Below, piece by piece: positions 51,301 to 63,622 of a stretch of DNA of 64,000 nucleotides. This DNA comes from Podarcis gaigeae (taxonomy: Eukaryota), in assembly GCA_964106915.2 (NCBI GenBank), contig OZ066914.1. One strand, written 5' to 3'. Both the position numbers and the translations under genes were made by a program. Below the pieces are notes generated by a model. That model saw nothing but the letters and a program-made list of their open reading frames with translations. It was not told the origin of the DNA and ran no database searches. Numbering within the stretch: the stretch's first letter is position 1; each line of letters opens with the position of its first letter.

Positions 51301-52459
51301 TTACATACAAATCAAAACTAAGCCTGGCCAATGCAAAGGGTCTCTCCTCCCTTCCAACAAACTTTTTTTTTTACTTAAGAGGCCTTCCAGCACAATGTCT
51401 GAAAAATCATCTGCCTTAAGAGCAGCAACAACCTGGAATCAGCTTGGTCCATTCATACTGTACCTCATTCCTCATGCTGGAGGTCCAGTGGTTTTGAAGA
51501 GACCCAAGGAAATATCATGCCACCTCAAGCCAGCCCAATGTGCTTCTCAACACAGAGTCTTTTCACACATCCAGAAATTATCACTTACACACCTGTATGT
51601 ACTAACTGTGCACATCCTAATGTTGCCTATAATGTGCACATTGTATCCACTTTTTTCTGTTTTTGACCACTTGCACATCTCACAGGGGATCAGTGCTTGA
51701 CTGCGAGTCATCATGCCATGTAGAATAATGCACATAACCATGGCTGCAGCAAGCTGCAGGATACACCGCAAATACCTGTATTATGCAAGGCATGTAGCTG
51801 CCCATTTGCACATGGTGCAAAATTGTTGCCAAGTGTCCACTGGAACCACATAATTGTGCATTAAACTTACCCTCTGTACCCAGGAGGAAAACAGACAGAC
51901 AAACCTGCAGTTGCACACCAGTACTGCCAAAATTCTGTGCCAAGAGAAGCTGAATTTGGAATTCAGTAACGTGTGTAAAATATGCAGGCAGCAAATGAGC
52001 ATATATTGGGATTGTTTTGCATGATTTATTCTGTTCCTGCTCAGCCTGGTGAGGGACACAGAGCACTGATGCCCCATCGTATGAACCTGGCTCAGTGACA
52101 GAACACACGCTTTGAATGTGAAAAGGTTCCAGGATCAATCCCTGGCCTCAGCAGCTGGAAAGGCTCTCAGGTAGCAGGGACAGGGAAAGACCTTACAGCT
52201 GCTGCCCATTGGAGTAAGCATGACCAACTGCCACTCACCAAAGTGTCAAGGAGCAGAGAAACAGTATGTTCCCATGTGCAGCATGCAGGTTATATCTGGT
52301 TATCCTTTGCATGCCTGAAAGGAGAGGGAGGGAAGGCTGCTGTGCAAAAGCCATCTCTTGTGTTTGTGAAATTCCATGATTACAAGAGATCCTCTTTCCA
52401 CCCTTTCAGAACATACCTAACAGTGCAGAACAGGAAGAACGGTATTGTTTTAAACATCC

Positions 52460-52938
52460 TCGAGAGGAGATACGATAGCCATATTCAAGTATCTAAAGGG
52501 CTGTCGTATGGAAGATGGAGCAAGCTTGTTTTCTCCTGCTCTGGAGGGCAGAACCCGAACCAATGGCTTCAAGTTGCAAGGCAGGAGGTTCCAACTAAAT
52601 ATCAGGAAGGACATTCTGACAGTAAAACAGTGGAAGGGACTCCCTTAAAAGGTAGTGGATTCTCCTTCACTGGAGGTTCTTAAGCAGAGGGTGAATGGGC
52701 ATCTGCCATGGCTGATTTAATGGAGTTTCTTGCATTGCAAGGGCTTGGACTAGAGCAGTGTTTCCCAACCTTGGGTCTCCAGCTGTTTTTGGACTACAAC
52801 TCCCATCATCCCTTGCTAGCAAGACCAATGGTCAGGGGTGATGGGAATTGTAGTCCAACAGCAGCTGGAGACCCAAGGTTGTTGGGAAACACTGGACTAG
52901 AGGATCCTCGGGGCCCCTTCCAATCCTATGATTCTATG
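52460..52938 (+). mobile_element. CR1 LINE 3' fragment (interrupted by the MITE above)
   Basis: Degenerate CR1 ORF2 C-terminus followed by the CCCTTCCAA...ATGATTCTATGA terminus. Confidence 0.75.
52756..52894. mobile_element. Palindromic hAT MITE (URR1-like) inserted in a CR1 3' end
   Basis: CAGTGTTTCCCAAC...GTTGGGAAACACTG; GGACTACAACTCCCATCATC core; TSD GACTAGAG. Confidence 0.88.
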
Positions 52939-54274
52939 AGCAAGGCTCCTAAACACCGATAAGCGTCTGTAGACATAAGACGCACACGTGTCATTAAAAT
53001 TAAAGTCGAGGGGCTTGCTAGTGGGAGATGAGCTGATCATTAAACAGATAGCAGATCAATGATATAACCAATGCAACCAATTTGCCGGTGTTGTGCTATG
53101 AGTCTCACCCACATCCCGGAGCTATTAAAGATCTGCGCTGAGACCAGGAGTTGGAGCAAATAAGGAATTTAAATGAACAAATTGTAAGCTGCACCCAACC
53201 TATTATTCCACATCACAGGCAACAATCTCACACTCCAGCCAAAAGTTCACACATACACACACGCTCTTTTATAAACATCCCAAGCTTACTTTCTGAACCC
53301 ACCAACCAATTTTAAAAAGCATGATCGAGGCATGTGGAGAACCCAACAGAACACACAGCCACAGGATAGCTGCAGATAACAAGCTGTTTCCTGTCCGTGA
53401 AATATTACGTAGGTTCATTCAAGATCTTAGAAGTCTATATTTAATTTCATTCAAGAGATAACATTTGAGCCGAGTATCCTGTGCAACACAGCCATTTGCT
53501 CTTTGCCCCACTCTTGTTTCTGTTGCAATGAGATGCTTCAGTCTTGCACAAGATTTTGACAATCTGCCTTGGGAACATCTGCACGAACAAGGATGCTGGC
53601 TCTTTTCAACAAATCTAATCTGAGGACAGACAGACTAAGGTGGCGGGGTGGGTGGGCGGAGATAGAATATGACCTGCTCAGAGCAACCAAGAGGAGAGAC
53701 TTGAGAACTATTGGGCTTGGGTCTAGAATCTAGATTGTGGGCTTCCCAGAGGTCTCTGATCAGGCTGCTGTAAGAACAGGAGGCTGGACTAGACGGGCCT
53801 TTCAACCTGAACCAGCAAAGCTCTTCTATTTAAACTTAGCTCTTCCCAGCCAAAGTCAGAGGGGCTACTCTAATCTCTTACTCTGGCTCCTTGAGCATTT
53901 GGAAATGGCCGAAATGATCCTTCCGACAACAAAACCCCCAAACTTGCTCACTCTGCAAGGGCTAAGAATTCACATTTTTCATTCCGCTCCATAAGGAATT
54001 CTGCTCTGCTGAATCCTACTGAAATAAAGCCATCAGTCCAATCTATGTCGCACCTTTTGCTCTCAGGTATGCACCAACAGCCCCTGCCAAAGTAATTTGG
54101 TTTAAAACCAGCGTGCAATGGACATCAATTCTCTTCCACCGAAAGGAGTCTGCCTGCTCCACATTTAACAAGTTATTCAGGAATTGCCTCATTGTAACTT
54201 TCCATGCAACTACTGTACATTCTCAGAAGCAGCGACCTAAGAACTTCCTCTTCCTTCAGCTACAGGGAACGGCA

Positions 54275-54308
<34 letters not shown>

Positions 54309-57300
54309 GATGGGTGACAGCCAGCAATTATTTAGCAACTGTCTTGGGTTATTGCTGCAGACACAGTACTATAGGGGTTTTAGGTTATGACACTTGACAG
54401 CTACACTACATGCAACTTTTTCTGTTCTGTATTCACAAAGTTGCAGCAAAGCAGTAGACAGGCAAGCAGAGAGACAGAAGAAAGATACAGTTCTCCACAG
54501 CTGTCAATCACAACCAAATGTCTACTGGGGCACAAAAGCTGCACCTCTAAGCATATTTTATTGAATGCAACTTACACAGATGTAAGTATTTTGAAGTCCT
54601 GTGGATTTCAGTGGGAGAGATTTAAGCAAGTTCTCAACTTCACCTTTCCCAAGAGTGTGCCTTTAGTATTTACACAGTGCTTTTCCTGAGTAGTCTAGAA
54701 GCAATTTCATGCACACTCTTACAACATCTCTGTAATTGGACTTCATGTTTCCATGTCCATGTTGCAGACAGAAGCTGTGGCTTGCCTAAGAACTGCCTAT
54801 CAGCTGGATGCTGGATCAGATGGGCATCTGGCCTGATCCATGCTCTTCTTTTGATTTTAAGACCTTAAGGTTCAAACTAGAGTCTTCCCTCGTTCTATTA
54901 CTTGCTGAAGGTTGAAGATTTCATTTTAGCAAGAAGCTTCGTACAGCTGAATAAAAAACCACGGCCCTTCAATAACAGAACTGTAACCTTCCACCATTTA
55001 GGAACTCCAAGTTGGAAGAAGTGGACCAAACCAAGGGTGGTGGGGGATTTTTTTTGAAAGAGTTGCGCTTTGGGAATCCATGTCTGGAATCAATTGCAAA
55101 CATCACTTGAACTGCAATCCTAGACCCATATACCTTGGAGTCCATAGGGCTCACTTCTGAATAGAGAGGTAGAGGACGAATGCTGTGATTCTAATCCCTG
55201 GAGGACCATCCTCAAACGCTGCTGAGATCTGGCCATGCTGAGGACAGCAAGAAGGGAAAAGGAATCAGAGACGCGCCCCCACCTGCTTCTCTCCTCCCCC
55301 CCCTCTGCCACCTCCCACCAAGGTAGTTTTATTGAATGTTGGGGTTTTCTACTGCATTGTTAGCTGCCCTGGGCAACCCACTGGGAGAAAGGGTGGGCCA
55401 GAAGCACAGAAATATAAAATGAATAAGGGTTGTCCTGGAATAAATTTCAGTAAAACTGAAAGCAACTGTGGCAATTTTGCTGCACTCCAACCCCAAAAAA
55501 CCCAGTTTTCATAAGCGTATGAGGATTCCATGGCGGCGCTCCCTTTAAAAACAAAGCTATAATTATCTTTTTCAAACTGTTTATCTTTTACTGATATTAT
55601 ACAGAACAATAACATTCAAGCTCTCCACCCACCAACACACAGAAGAACAGATTCATACAAGTCCCCCTACTAAGAGATGTTAGCTAAGAGTCCATAATTT
55701 GCAGTGAGTCGCTGATGGCCGATAGCCCTGCTCTGTTAAAAAAATCTTAGAAACTTGTTTGTCGTGATTTTTGTGGACATATGTCTGGAAATCATGGTGC
55801 CTGGGGGGAAAGTGAGAAAACAAAGCGTGTGCCTAGACAAGAATGGGTCCATTTGGTGATCTCAGGCTGTGGACATGCTTGTCTCATGTCTCCCTCTTCT
55901 TTAGATGATAATGCTCACTTACTACAAAATGTGACAAGAAGGCTGACCTGCTGCATTGGGGAGGGGTGTCCCCTGCCCAGGCTGCTGAATGGGCCAATGG
56001 ACATCTGCCACCCCACCCCCCAAATCCTGCCACCATGGCACCAATGTCTACAAATTATTTCTGTGCAGCTGAATCACCGTTCCATTTACCCTGTACCCAT
56101 CCTATTTTTTTATTTTTAGTGCCTTTGGCTGCAATCCAGTACCCACTTACCTGGGAGAACACCTCCCTGAATTCAATGCAACTTACTTCTAAGTAGACGT
56201 GCCTGGGACTACATGTTCAATGGCATGAAATGCGGTGTCCTGAATTCGAATCTCATTTCAGCTTTACTGAGGCTTTAGAGGAGCCACTATTCTCTAACTT
56301 GCCTCCCTCCCAAGACATACCATATTGTGGACTGGCCCTGCCTCCCGGGTTCTTTTTTCTTTTTCTTTCCGTGACGTTTAATGAGATAATGTACATGGGG
56401 CACTTGGAAAACTCAAAAGAATACTATACAGCGCGATGAGCTCGTGTAAGAAACAAAAATTGGTTTGATTGAAAGGTTCGTGTGATTATAAAACAAAGAT
56501 GGACTAAAGGATGTAGGTCAAACACCTGAGTTCTTAAAATACAAAGAACATGCCATGCTCCTTTAAATGTAGCATTTGGCAGTCGTGTGGCAGAAAAGAG
56601 TCAGCTTCCTTTCAGTGCGCTAGGACAACCTCACAAAGTGTAGCATACAGTATCTGCCTGAGGCATGCTGGCTATGTCAACAGATTATCTCGCATTGAAC
56701 TGTCTAGACTGTTATTAATATGCAACTGATTCAACAGCAAGGGCACTGCTGTTGGAAGCAAACTGGAAGAACTGTTAAGTGGGGCATTATTCGCCTCTCC
56801 AACTGAATCAGTCCCTTAAAGGAGAAACATGGAGAAAACCAGATGTGACTCATCAGTGACTATGCCTAGCAAGCAGGCAAACAAAAGGCTGCTCTTCCTT
56901 TAAAATGCCTCAACAAATGAAATGGATTTGTAAAAATGTTACACGGGGGGGGGGGGAAATACGAGGCATTATACTTACACTGTAAAACAAGAAAACCCTT
57001 AATAAAATATATTTTAAAAAAAGAAAAAAAAAAGAATAAAGCAGATCTGAACTGTCCCCCCCCCCCTTGCCTGCCAGCGCTGTATTTTGCCAGGAAACCT
57101 TTCCCTAAAGAAAGCAGGAACTCAAGGCTGAGAAACCCCTACAATAATGCCGGTCAACTATCAAAGTGGTTAACAATTCCACAGCAATAATATCCAACAA
57201 TAGATGCAGACAGCTAGAGCACGTGTGCAGTCTCCTTAAACACACACAAAACACACCTTTAAAAGTACATTGTAGAATCATGCTAATCAATATCATTTGG

Positions 57301-58363
57301 ACAAGTGGAAGATAAAATCCGGCACCTCATTATCTCACTCACCCTACAGCTGTCGGGGGGGGGGGGGGGGAGTGCAGTATGCAAGTTACATTTGCAGCCA
57401 CATGCTTCTTCAGCTACATCTATATCCTAAACTACACAGGCCAGGCTCCCCCCCCCCCCCAATGAAGACACAGTAGTTTGTACAATGGCTAAATAATCTT
57501 AGACTTGTAACCAAACCCAGCAGGGCAACTCATAGCAGCACGACTTTAGGTAATATTTTGCCCCAATGAAAAAAAAAACCCTTCCAGCTGCATCAAACGA
57601 TCTTCTAGTCATTTCCTCTCCCCATCTTTGTACATATTTAGGCTAATCAGAGATTTCACACCGAGTCGCTATCTTTCTCTGGATTCCCCATCTCTCCACT
57701 GTATTGTCAATCAGTTCGGTTTAACCTCATTACCCAATTTCCATCTCTGGTTGTATTTCTAAACCCCTTTGCTGTCTAAACTCTCTTCTGCGTGTGCTTG
57801 AACTGTCATTGTTCTAAGCGAAAACAAGCTTTCTTTTTTAACGGAAGCGAAGTAACACAAAGGATTTTCTTTTTTAAAAAAATTATTGCAGTGTGCGCCT
57901 TGGCTTCTGCAATCAAGTCTCTCCAATAAATGAACTGACTTGCCCCGACACACCAATTACCTTGCAAAAAATCTGAGAAATCTATTCAGCTTCCACCAGC
58001 TGTTAGTTGTTAACACTGGTTGAAAGCAATCCAGCCCCACCCCCCGCATTTTATTTTAAAGGGAACAGCAATGAAAGGAGAAGCAACTTTTTTATTTTGA
58101 AAAAATTAACAGAACCACAATGTGATATGAAAAAACACACTCAAAAGAACACCAGACCTCAGGTGCTCCCTGATCTAGGATTTAATGCAAGCAGCTTTCA
58201 ACAGGACTGCATGGCTATTGATAACATTTATGACAGTGTTGATTATTTTTTAAACGGGGGGGGGGGGGGCGACAAGATCACAGAAAACGAGAAACAAAAA
58301 GCCGCTCTGATTCACCAGCGCCTGCATTTAAGAGATTTCACAGGAGTAACGTAAATGGTTCAC

Positions 58364-58465
58364 CTGCTGCCAGTTGTCTTCCAAGGATGGCAAAGCCGAG
58401 AAGTAACCGGTGTCGTGGACGAGCTGCAGTTCCTGGAATATACTATAACTAGCCAAAACATCCAT
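58364..58465 (-). CDS. KLF7: Krueppel-like factor 7, coding exon 1 (aa 1-34, acidic activation domain)
   Basis: Translates [34 protein letters not shown], the KLF7 N-terminus (human has ...PSLEETWQQ). ATG at 58465-58463; phase-0 donor CAG|GTGAAC at 58363. Confidence 0.97.
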
Positions 58466-58794
58466 GTTGCTGTTGCTGCTGCTGATGCTGCTGATGCTTC
58501 TGCTGAAAACAACAAACCCCGACCCTTTCCTTTTAGGTTTGTGTTTGCAATTTTGCGGTGGGCTTTTAGTTCTGTTCATTAAAAAGGGAAAGGGGGAAGA
58601 GGAGGAGGAGGCGGAGAAGGGGGGGGGAGAAGAAGGACCGTTAAGAGCAATCAATCCAGCTGTCCTTGTCCTCTGTTTTGCTTTCGTTTGCTATATATAT
58701 GCATATGCTGTTTGTAGTCACACTTTCACGGACTGACCCAAAGCAGGAACAGGAGCGGAGGAAAGCGGGGGGAGGAAGGAGCCCCATCAACGAC

Positions 58795-58796
<2 letters not shown>

Positions 58797-58830
<34 letters not shown>
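58797..58830. repeat. (AG)n microsatellite in the KLF7 5' region
   Basis: Read directly from the sequence. Confidence 0.95.
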
Positions 58831-58837
<7 letters not shown>

Positions 58838-59099
58838 AGGGATAAATGCTCCCGAACGTGTACAGTGCAAGCCGTCAGCCAGGCAGCCAGAGAGGAGGAG
58901 GAGGAGGAGGGGGACACACTTCTTCTCCACTTGTAGTAAAAAAGCAATTGCCTTCCGGGGCTCTGTTGCTGACTCCAGCGCTTGCACCGGCGGGGAAGGG
59001 GGTGGGGTGGGGATGCAAACTCACTGACACGAGACTGCCATCTATTTCTGCATTGCTGCTCGCTGCTGAATGCAATCTTTGCTCTTTATTTTGGGGAGG

Positions 59100-59600
59100 T
59101 TGCATTTTCCGCCTTGCGCGCGCGCGCGCGCGCTCCTGGAGCCAGGCGCGCTCCCATACTTTCCTCTCTCTCCTTCCCTCCCTCCCTCCTCCCTGCGCGC
59201 AGCCGTGGGATCTTCAGAGGAAACTGTCCATTAAGGCAGCGCGTGACCATGTAAGGCAAGAGGGAGGCGGGCCGCCAGGGCCGCTCATGAAGTCACTGGC
59301 GCCCAATGGGGGCCCGGAGCGAGGCGGCGGAGGCGGGGCTGGGCACGGAAGAGCCGCGGCGATTGGGCCGAGGGCTGGATCCGACGTCCGCCTTATAAGG
59401 CAAGTGTAAGGGGAGCTATTTTTAGAGGGCTATATAAAGGAGCCGGAGCGGCTGGTGCGCGGCGGAGTTTGCAGGAGAGAGCAAGCGCGAGCGCGCCCGG
59501 GAAGCCGTGCGCGGACCTCGGGCTCCGGCGCTTTTGCTTGCAAAGGGGCTCCCGTGGTCGGAGGGTCTTTGCGTTGCAGCAGTAGCAGCAGCCAGAAAGC
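59100..59600 (-). promoter_or_regulatory. KLF7 CpG-island promoter
   Basis: CpG-rich. GC boxes (GGGAGGCGGG 59261, AGGCGGGGCT 59331), CCAAT/ATTGG boxes (~59303, ~59362), CArG CCTTATAAGG 59391-59400, MEF2 CTATTTTTAG 59416-59425, TATA-like TATATAAA 59431. The exact TSS cannot be determined. Confidence 0.8.
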
Positions 59601-61638
59601 ATTTTTTTAAAAAAAAATATTTTGCATGGCCAAGCGGAAAAAAAATCCGATAGAGAACGGGAATAAATGAGAAAGCAGGAATCTCCCGGTTTTACAATGA
59701 GCTATTGGCTGGGGAGGGGGAGCGCGCACAAGTTCAGATCTACTTCCCATTTTCCCTCTTTTAAAAAAAGAGAAGCCAGAATGCAATGGGGGGGGGGGGG
59801 AGAGAGATCGAAGAAAGCGTATTTATCCCGGGGGTTGGTGCTGTTTTGTGAACGCCGTTTGGGAAAGTTTCCGGGCGCTTCATTGCACTTGCTGCAAAAT
59901 GCGTGCATGGACTGGCGATTTGAAAGCGCGCGCGCGCATACACACACAAAACACGCTTTAAGTGCCTGCCGTCCTGTATACGCGCAATTGGGAGTGAGAC
60001 CCGTTGAACTCCATGGGGACTGGCTTCCGAGTAAGCATGCACAGGATCAGGCCCCCGCAACGTCTGCAGACCTTGCAAGTGCTAGCAAAAGTTTGGGTGT
60101 TCGTGGCATCCTGGCATCCTGTGGCAGAGTTACTCCTGGGTATAGCCTCCTCTGTTCCAAGTCTATCTGCCACTGAAAACAAAGTCAGAAATGTTCTGTT
60201 GTGACATGTGGCAGTCGGGGAGCCAGATATTGGACTAGGGAGAAGAAAGCAGAGGATTAAAATCTGTGACAACACTGCGTGAAGATAACCCCTTACGGGT
60301 ATCTGAAAGCACCGGGGACTTATGCCAGAGCACATCCTCTTGCATATTTTGTTGCCTACCAAGTTCTTCGCGCAAAGCAGTTTTAAGTGAGCATGTCAGG
60401 CTGAGTTTTTCCATAAATGGTTCGCTTAGGCCACATCTTCCCCAAGCTTTTCAGAGTGGTGGTAAAGGTAGTTTCAACTTGGAAGAAATGTCAGAGCTAA
60501 GGATTTGCTGCTTGCAATGTGATTTTGTTGAGTGGCAAACGGACAAGTATGCGCTCCTTTCTGTCCATTTTTAAGGCTTGGCAGGAGCTCAACTCTCCAG
60601 CCAGGGCTGGTCAGAATCCAGATGTGTGGGTTTCCTCATCCCCGCTGCCTTTTCTGAGGATGGGACAGAGGGGCTGTCACTTGCTGTAGATGCCACTTAG
60701 TGTACAGTGTTTTGTAACAGTAACCCTGCCCTTTCCTGTGTATATTATACAGTAAACAGCAGCCATGCAGAGAAGGAAAATTGCACATCCTAGTTGTAAT
60801 AGCTGCATGCTGTCTTTGCTGCACCCAGCGGAGGGTTTAAGCTTCTCAGTTTAGATGGGGCAGGGGAGGGTGAACCACAGTGAGGTTGCAAGAATGGGAG
60901 CAGGGCTGGTTGAGGCTGTGGGTGGGAGTTGTAGTCCCAAATATCTGGAGAGCACCGGATATCTGGCGAAGTGCTGGGATATTTGGTGGAAAAGAAGTTC
61001 AATTAAGCAGGCATTTCATGACTTGGGATAGGATCATTTTGAATGTCAACAAGCAAGGAAAGAGTAATATTGAGTTGTCCCTACAGCAATGGGAAGGAAG
61101 GAAGGAAGAGCAGATGTCTGCATTTATTAAGACATGCTGTCTAAAAACTATATCTTATTAAATAAACAAGACATAACCTCCTGGTCAAAGTAGGGTTTGC
61201 ATACAAACAGATTGGCTTGGAATACTGTTTTCTGATCTAGAATAATGGGGGCACACAGTCTAGAATTTTAGTTGGATGTTTTGAAAAATCTCCCCTACCT
61301 TTTTCAGCCCATTCCAGAGCTGAGCAAAAATTTCTCAAGACATTTTTAGGAGAAACAGAGATTTATCTCGTTCTGATTTTACCTAGAAATGTTGTGAATG
61401 CATTCCCCCCCTCCAAATATGCCCCAGCATCTTTATTTTAACGCACGTGTTGACAACCATTCTTTCCTCCACCATCCATGGCCCAAGATGATGCTAGATG
61501 CACTGTGGAAGATGCACAATGGCCAGGCAACAGCAGAAAGGATGAAATCTTTGGGGGGATGAAATTAGGGTGCTGAACACCCCTGGGGGATTTACACTAG
61601 CCTTTGCTGAGCCAGTGTTTGCTCAGCCAGAGTGGACA

Positions 61639-61640
<2 letters not shown>

Positions 61641-61686
<46 letters not shown>

Positions 61687-62455
61687 TTATTATTTGTACC
61701 CCGCCCATCTGGCTGGGTTTCCCCAGCCACTCTGGGCGGCTTCCATAGAAACAAAAAATACACTAAAATATCACACATTAAAAACTTCCCTGAACCTTAA
61801 GAGCCTTAAGATGTCTTCTGAATGTCAGGTAGTTGTTTATCGCTTTGACATCTGATGGGAGGGCATTCCACATGGTGGGCGCCACTACCAAGAAGGCCCT
61901 CTGCCTGGTTCCCTGTAGCTTTGCTTCTTGCAATGAGGGAACCGCCAGAAGGCCCTCGGCACTGGACCTCAGCGTCCGGGCAGAACGATGGGGGTGGAGA
62001 CGCTCCTTCAGGTATACTGGGCCGAGGCCGTTTAGGGCTTTAAAGGTCAACACCAGCACTTTGAATTGTGCTCGGAAACGTACTGGGAGCCAATGTAGGT
62101 CTTTCAAGACCGGTGTTATGTGGTCTCAGCAGCCGCCCCCAGTCACCAGTCTAGCTGCCACATTCTGGATTAGTTGTAGTTTCCGAGTCAACTTCAAAGG
62201 TAGCCCCACGTAGAGCGCATTGCAGTAGTCCAAGCGGGAGATAACTAGAGCATGCACCACCCTGATGAGACAGTTCGCGGGCAGGTAGGGTCTTAGCCTG
62301 CGTACCAGGTGGAGTTGGTAGACAGCTGCCCTGAATACAGAATTGACCTGCGCCTCCATGGACAGCTGTGAGTCCAAAATGACTCCCAGGCTGCGCACCT
62401 GGTCCTTCAGGGGCACAGTTACCCTATTCAGGACCAGGGAGTCCTCCACACCAGC
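61641..62455 (-). mobile_element. L2 LINE 3' fragment with (TAA)n tail
   Basis: ORFs 61778-62107 and 62126-62497 are L2 ORF2 C-terminal peptides. Confidence 0.92.
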
Positions 62456-63083
62456 ACTCCCATATATTTGGCTCAGCCAGGGTAGGAGACTTGGCACCCG
62501 CTGAGCCTGGAATCAGCTGGCTGAGCTGAAGATCAAATGCATCCTCAGCTGCTGATCTTACTGTGCTAGCACCTTGTCACCTGCACGGACGTCTAGTATA
62601 GTTCCAGGCCCAACTGCTTTGTTAACATGAGCAGCTTGACCCGTGGAGCAGAGCAGCAGAAAAAGCTTCCGGAATACAGTATTCCTGCTGATTATTAGGA
62701 GTGGGGAGGTTGGGGCTGTGCAGATGTACTGGTGGACCCAATCCAGCATTCCCACACATGCGTTCACACAGCCCTGACCTTGCCATCTTTTCTCACTTTT
62801 GGCGTCCGTCTGTCTTGAGAGACAACGGAGTGTGCATCTAGGGGTGAAGTCAAACCGTTGTGTTAGCGCCAAAGTTACCTCCCCTTGGCACAAGCCTGGG
62901 CAGTGTGTCTGAAGGTCCTGGGCTGCCCAGGCAAAACAACGCTATCAGCCTCTCTGATGTGGTCCAAAAGAAAGGAGAGCAACCATCGTTCGGACTCAAC
63001 TCCAGATATGTGAAGGATTTACTGATTAGCCCTTTCTTTCCCCAAAGATGTCCCACAAGGCAGTGGAGGTTTAGGGTCAAGAG

Positions 63084-63622
63084 CAGCGGCGTAGCGTGGG
63101 TTGTCAGCACCTGGGGCAAGGCAAGTAATTTGCACCCCCTAACCGGGGGCAAGGCAAGTAATTTGCGCCCCTAACCTGCCGCCGCTGCCAGCTTCTTCTT
63201 GCTGCTGCCTGGGCTAGGGTATTTACGGTAAGGTAACCACGGTGGCGGGTCTGTGTCAGGTGATCTGAGGCGAGTTGCCGCTGGCGCTGCCACCCAAACG
63301 ACGCCGCTTGCCGGGAGGAGGAGGAGGGCAGAGAGGCAAGGAAAATGCAACATAGCCCAGCAGCTGCAGCAGCGGCAGCGGCGGGGCTGTGAGGAGGGGC
63401 TGCCTGGCGCGCCCTCCATGGCCCTGACGAGCACTGAGAGCCGCTGCCTGCCGGACGCCTTCAGCCCGGACGCGCGCACAGCTCGTCGGTTCCGCGAGAC
63501 ATGGGGCTCTGCTACAGCCTGCACCCAAGGCTCTTTGGCGACTCCGGAGGCGGCGAGCGCGCCCCCCCAGATGTTGCGGCCGGTGCGGCCAGCCCCCCTG
63601 CACCCCCCACGCTACGCCACTG
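63084..63622. mobile_element. Non-autonomous hAT element carrying captured host sequence (Pack-hAT)
   Basis: TIR CAGCGGCGTAGCGTGGG...CCCACGCTACGCCACTG. Perfect 8-bp TSD GTCAAGAG (63076-63083, 63623-63630). Both arms match the element at 43997-44188 in opposite orientation. Confidence 0.92.
63501..63563 (+). pseudogene. GNAL: Captured 5' coding fragment of the GNAL long isoform (XL-G-alpha-olf) inside the hAT element
   Basis: ATG in a strong Kozak context (GACATGG) reads MGLCYSLHPRLFGDSGGGERA. The human XL-Golf N-terminus as I recall it is MGLCYSLRPLLFG (11/13 identical). GC-rich UTR-like sequence precedes it and the transposon arm truncates it. Confidence 0.8.

Larger units (their letters stand above)
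14838..58363 (-). other. KLF7: KLF7 intron 1 (43,526 bp, GT-AG)
   Basis: Bounded by the exon 1 donor and the exon 2 acceptor; splicing keeps the reading frame. Confidence 0.9.

Noticed and set aside
58846-59409. 187-aa antisense ORF over the promoter
   Set aside because: Low-complexity, GC-driven, non-ATG start and no recognisable domain.
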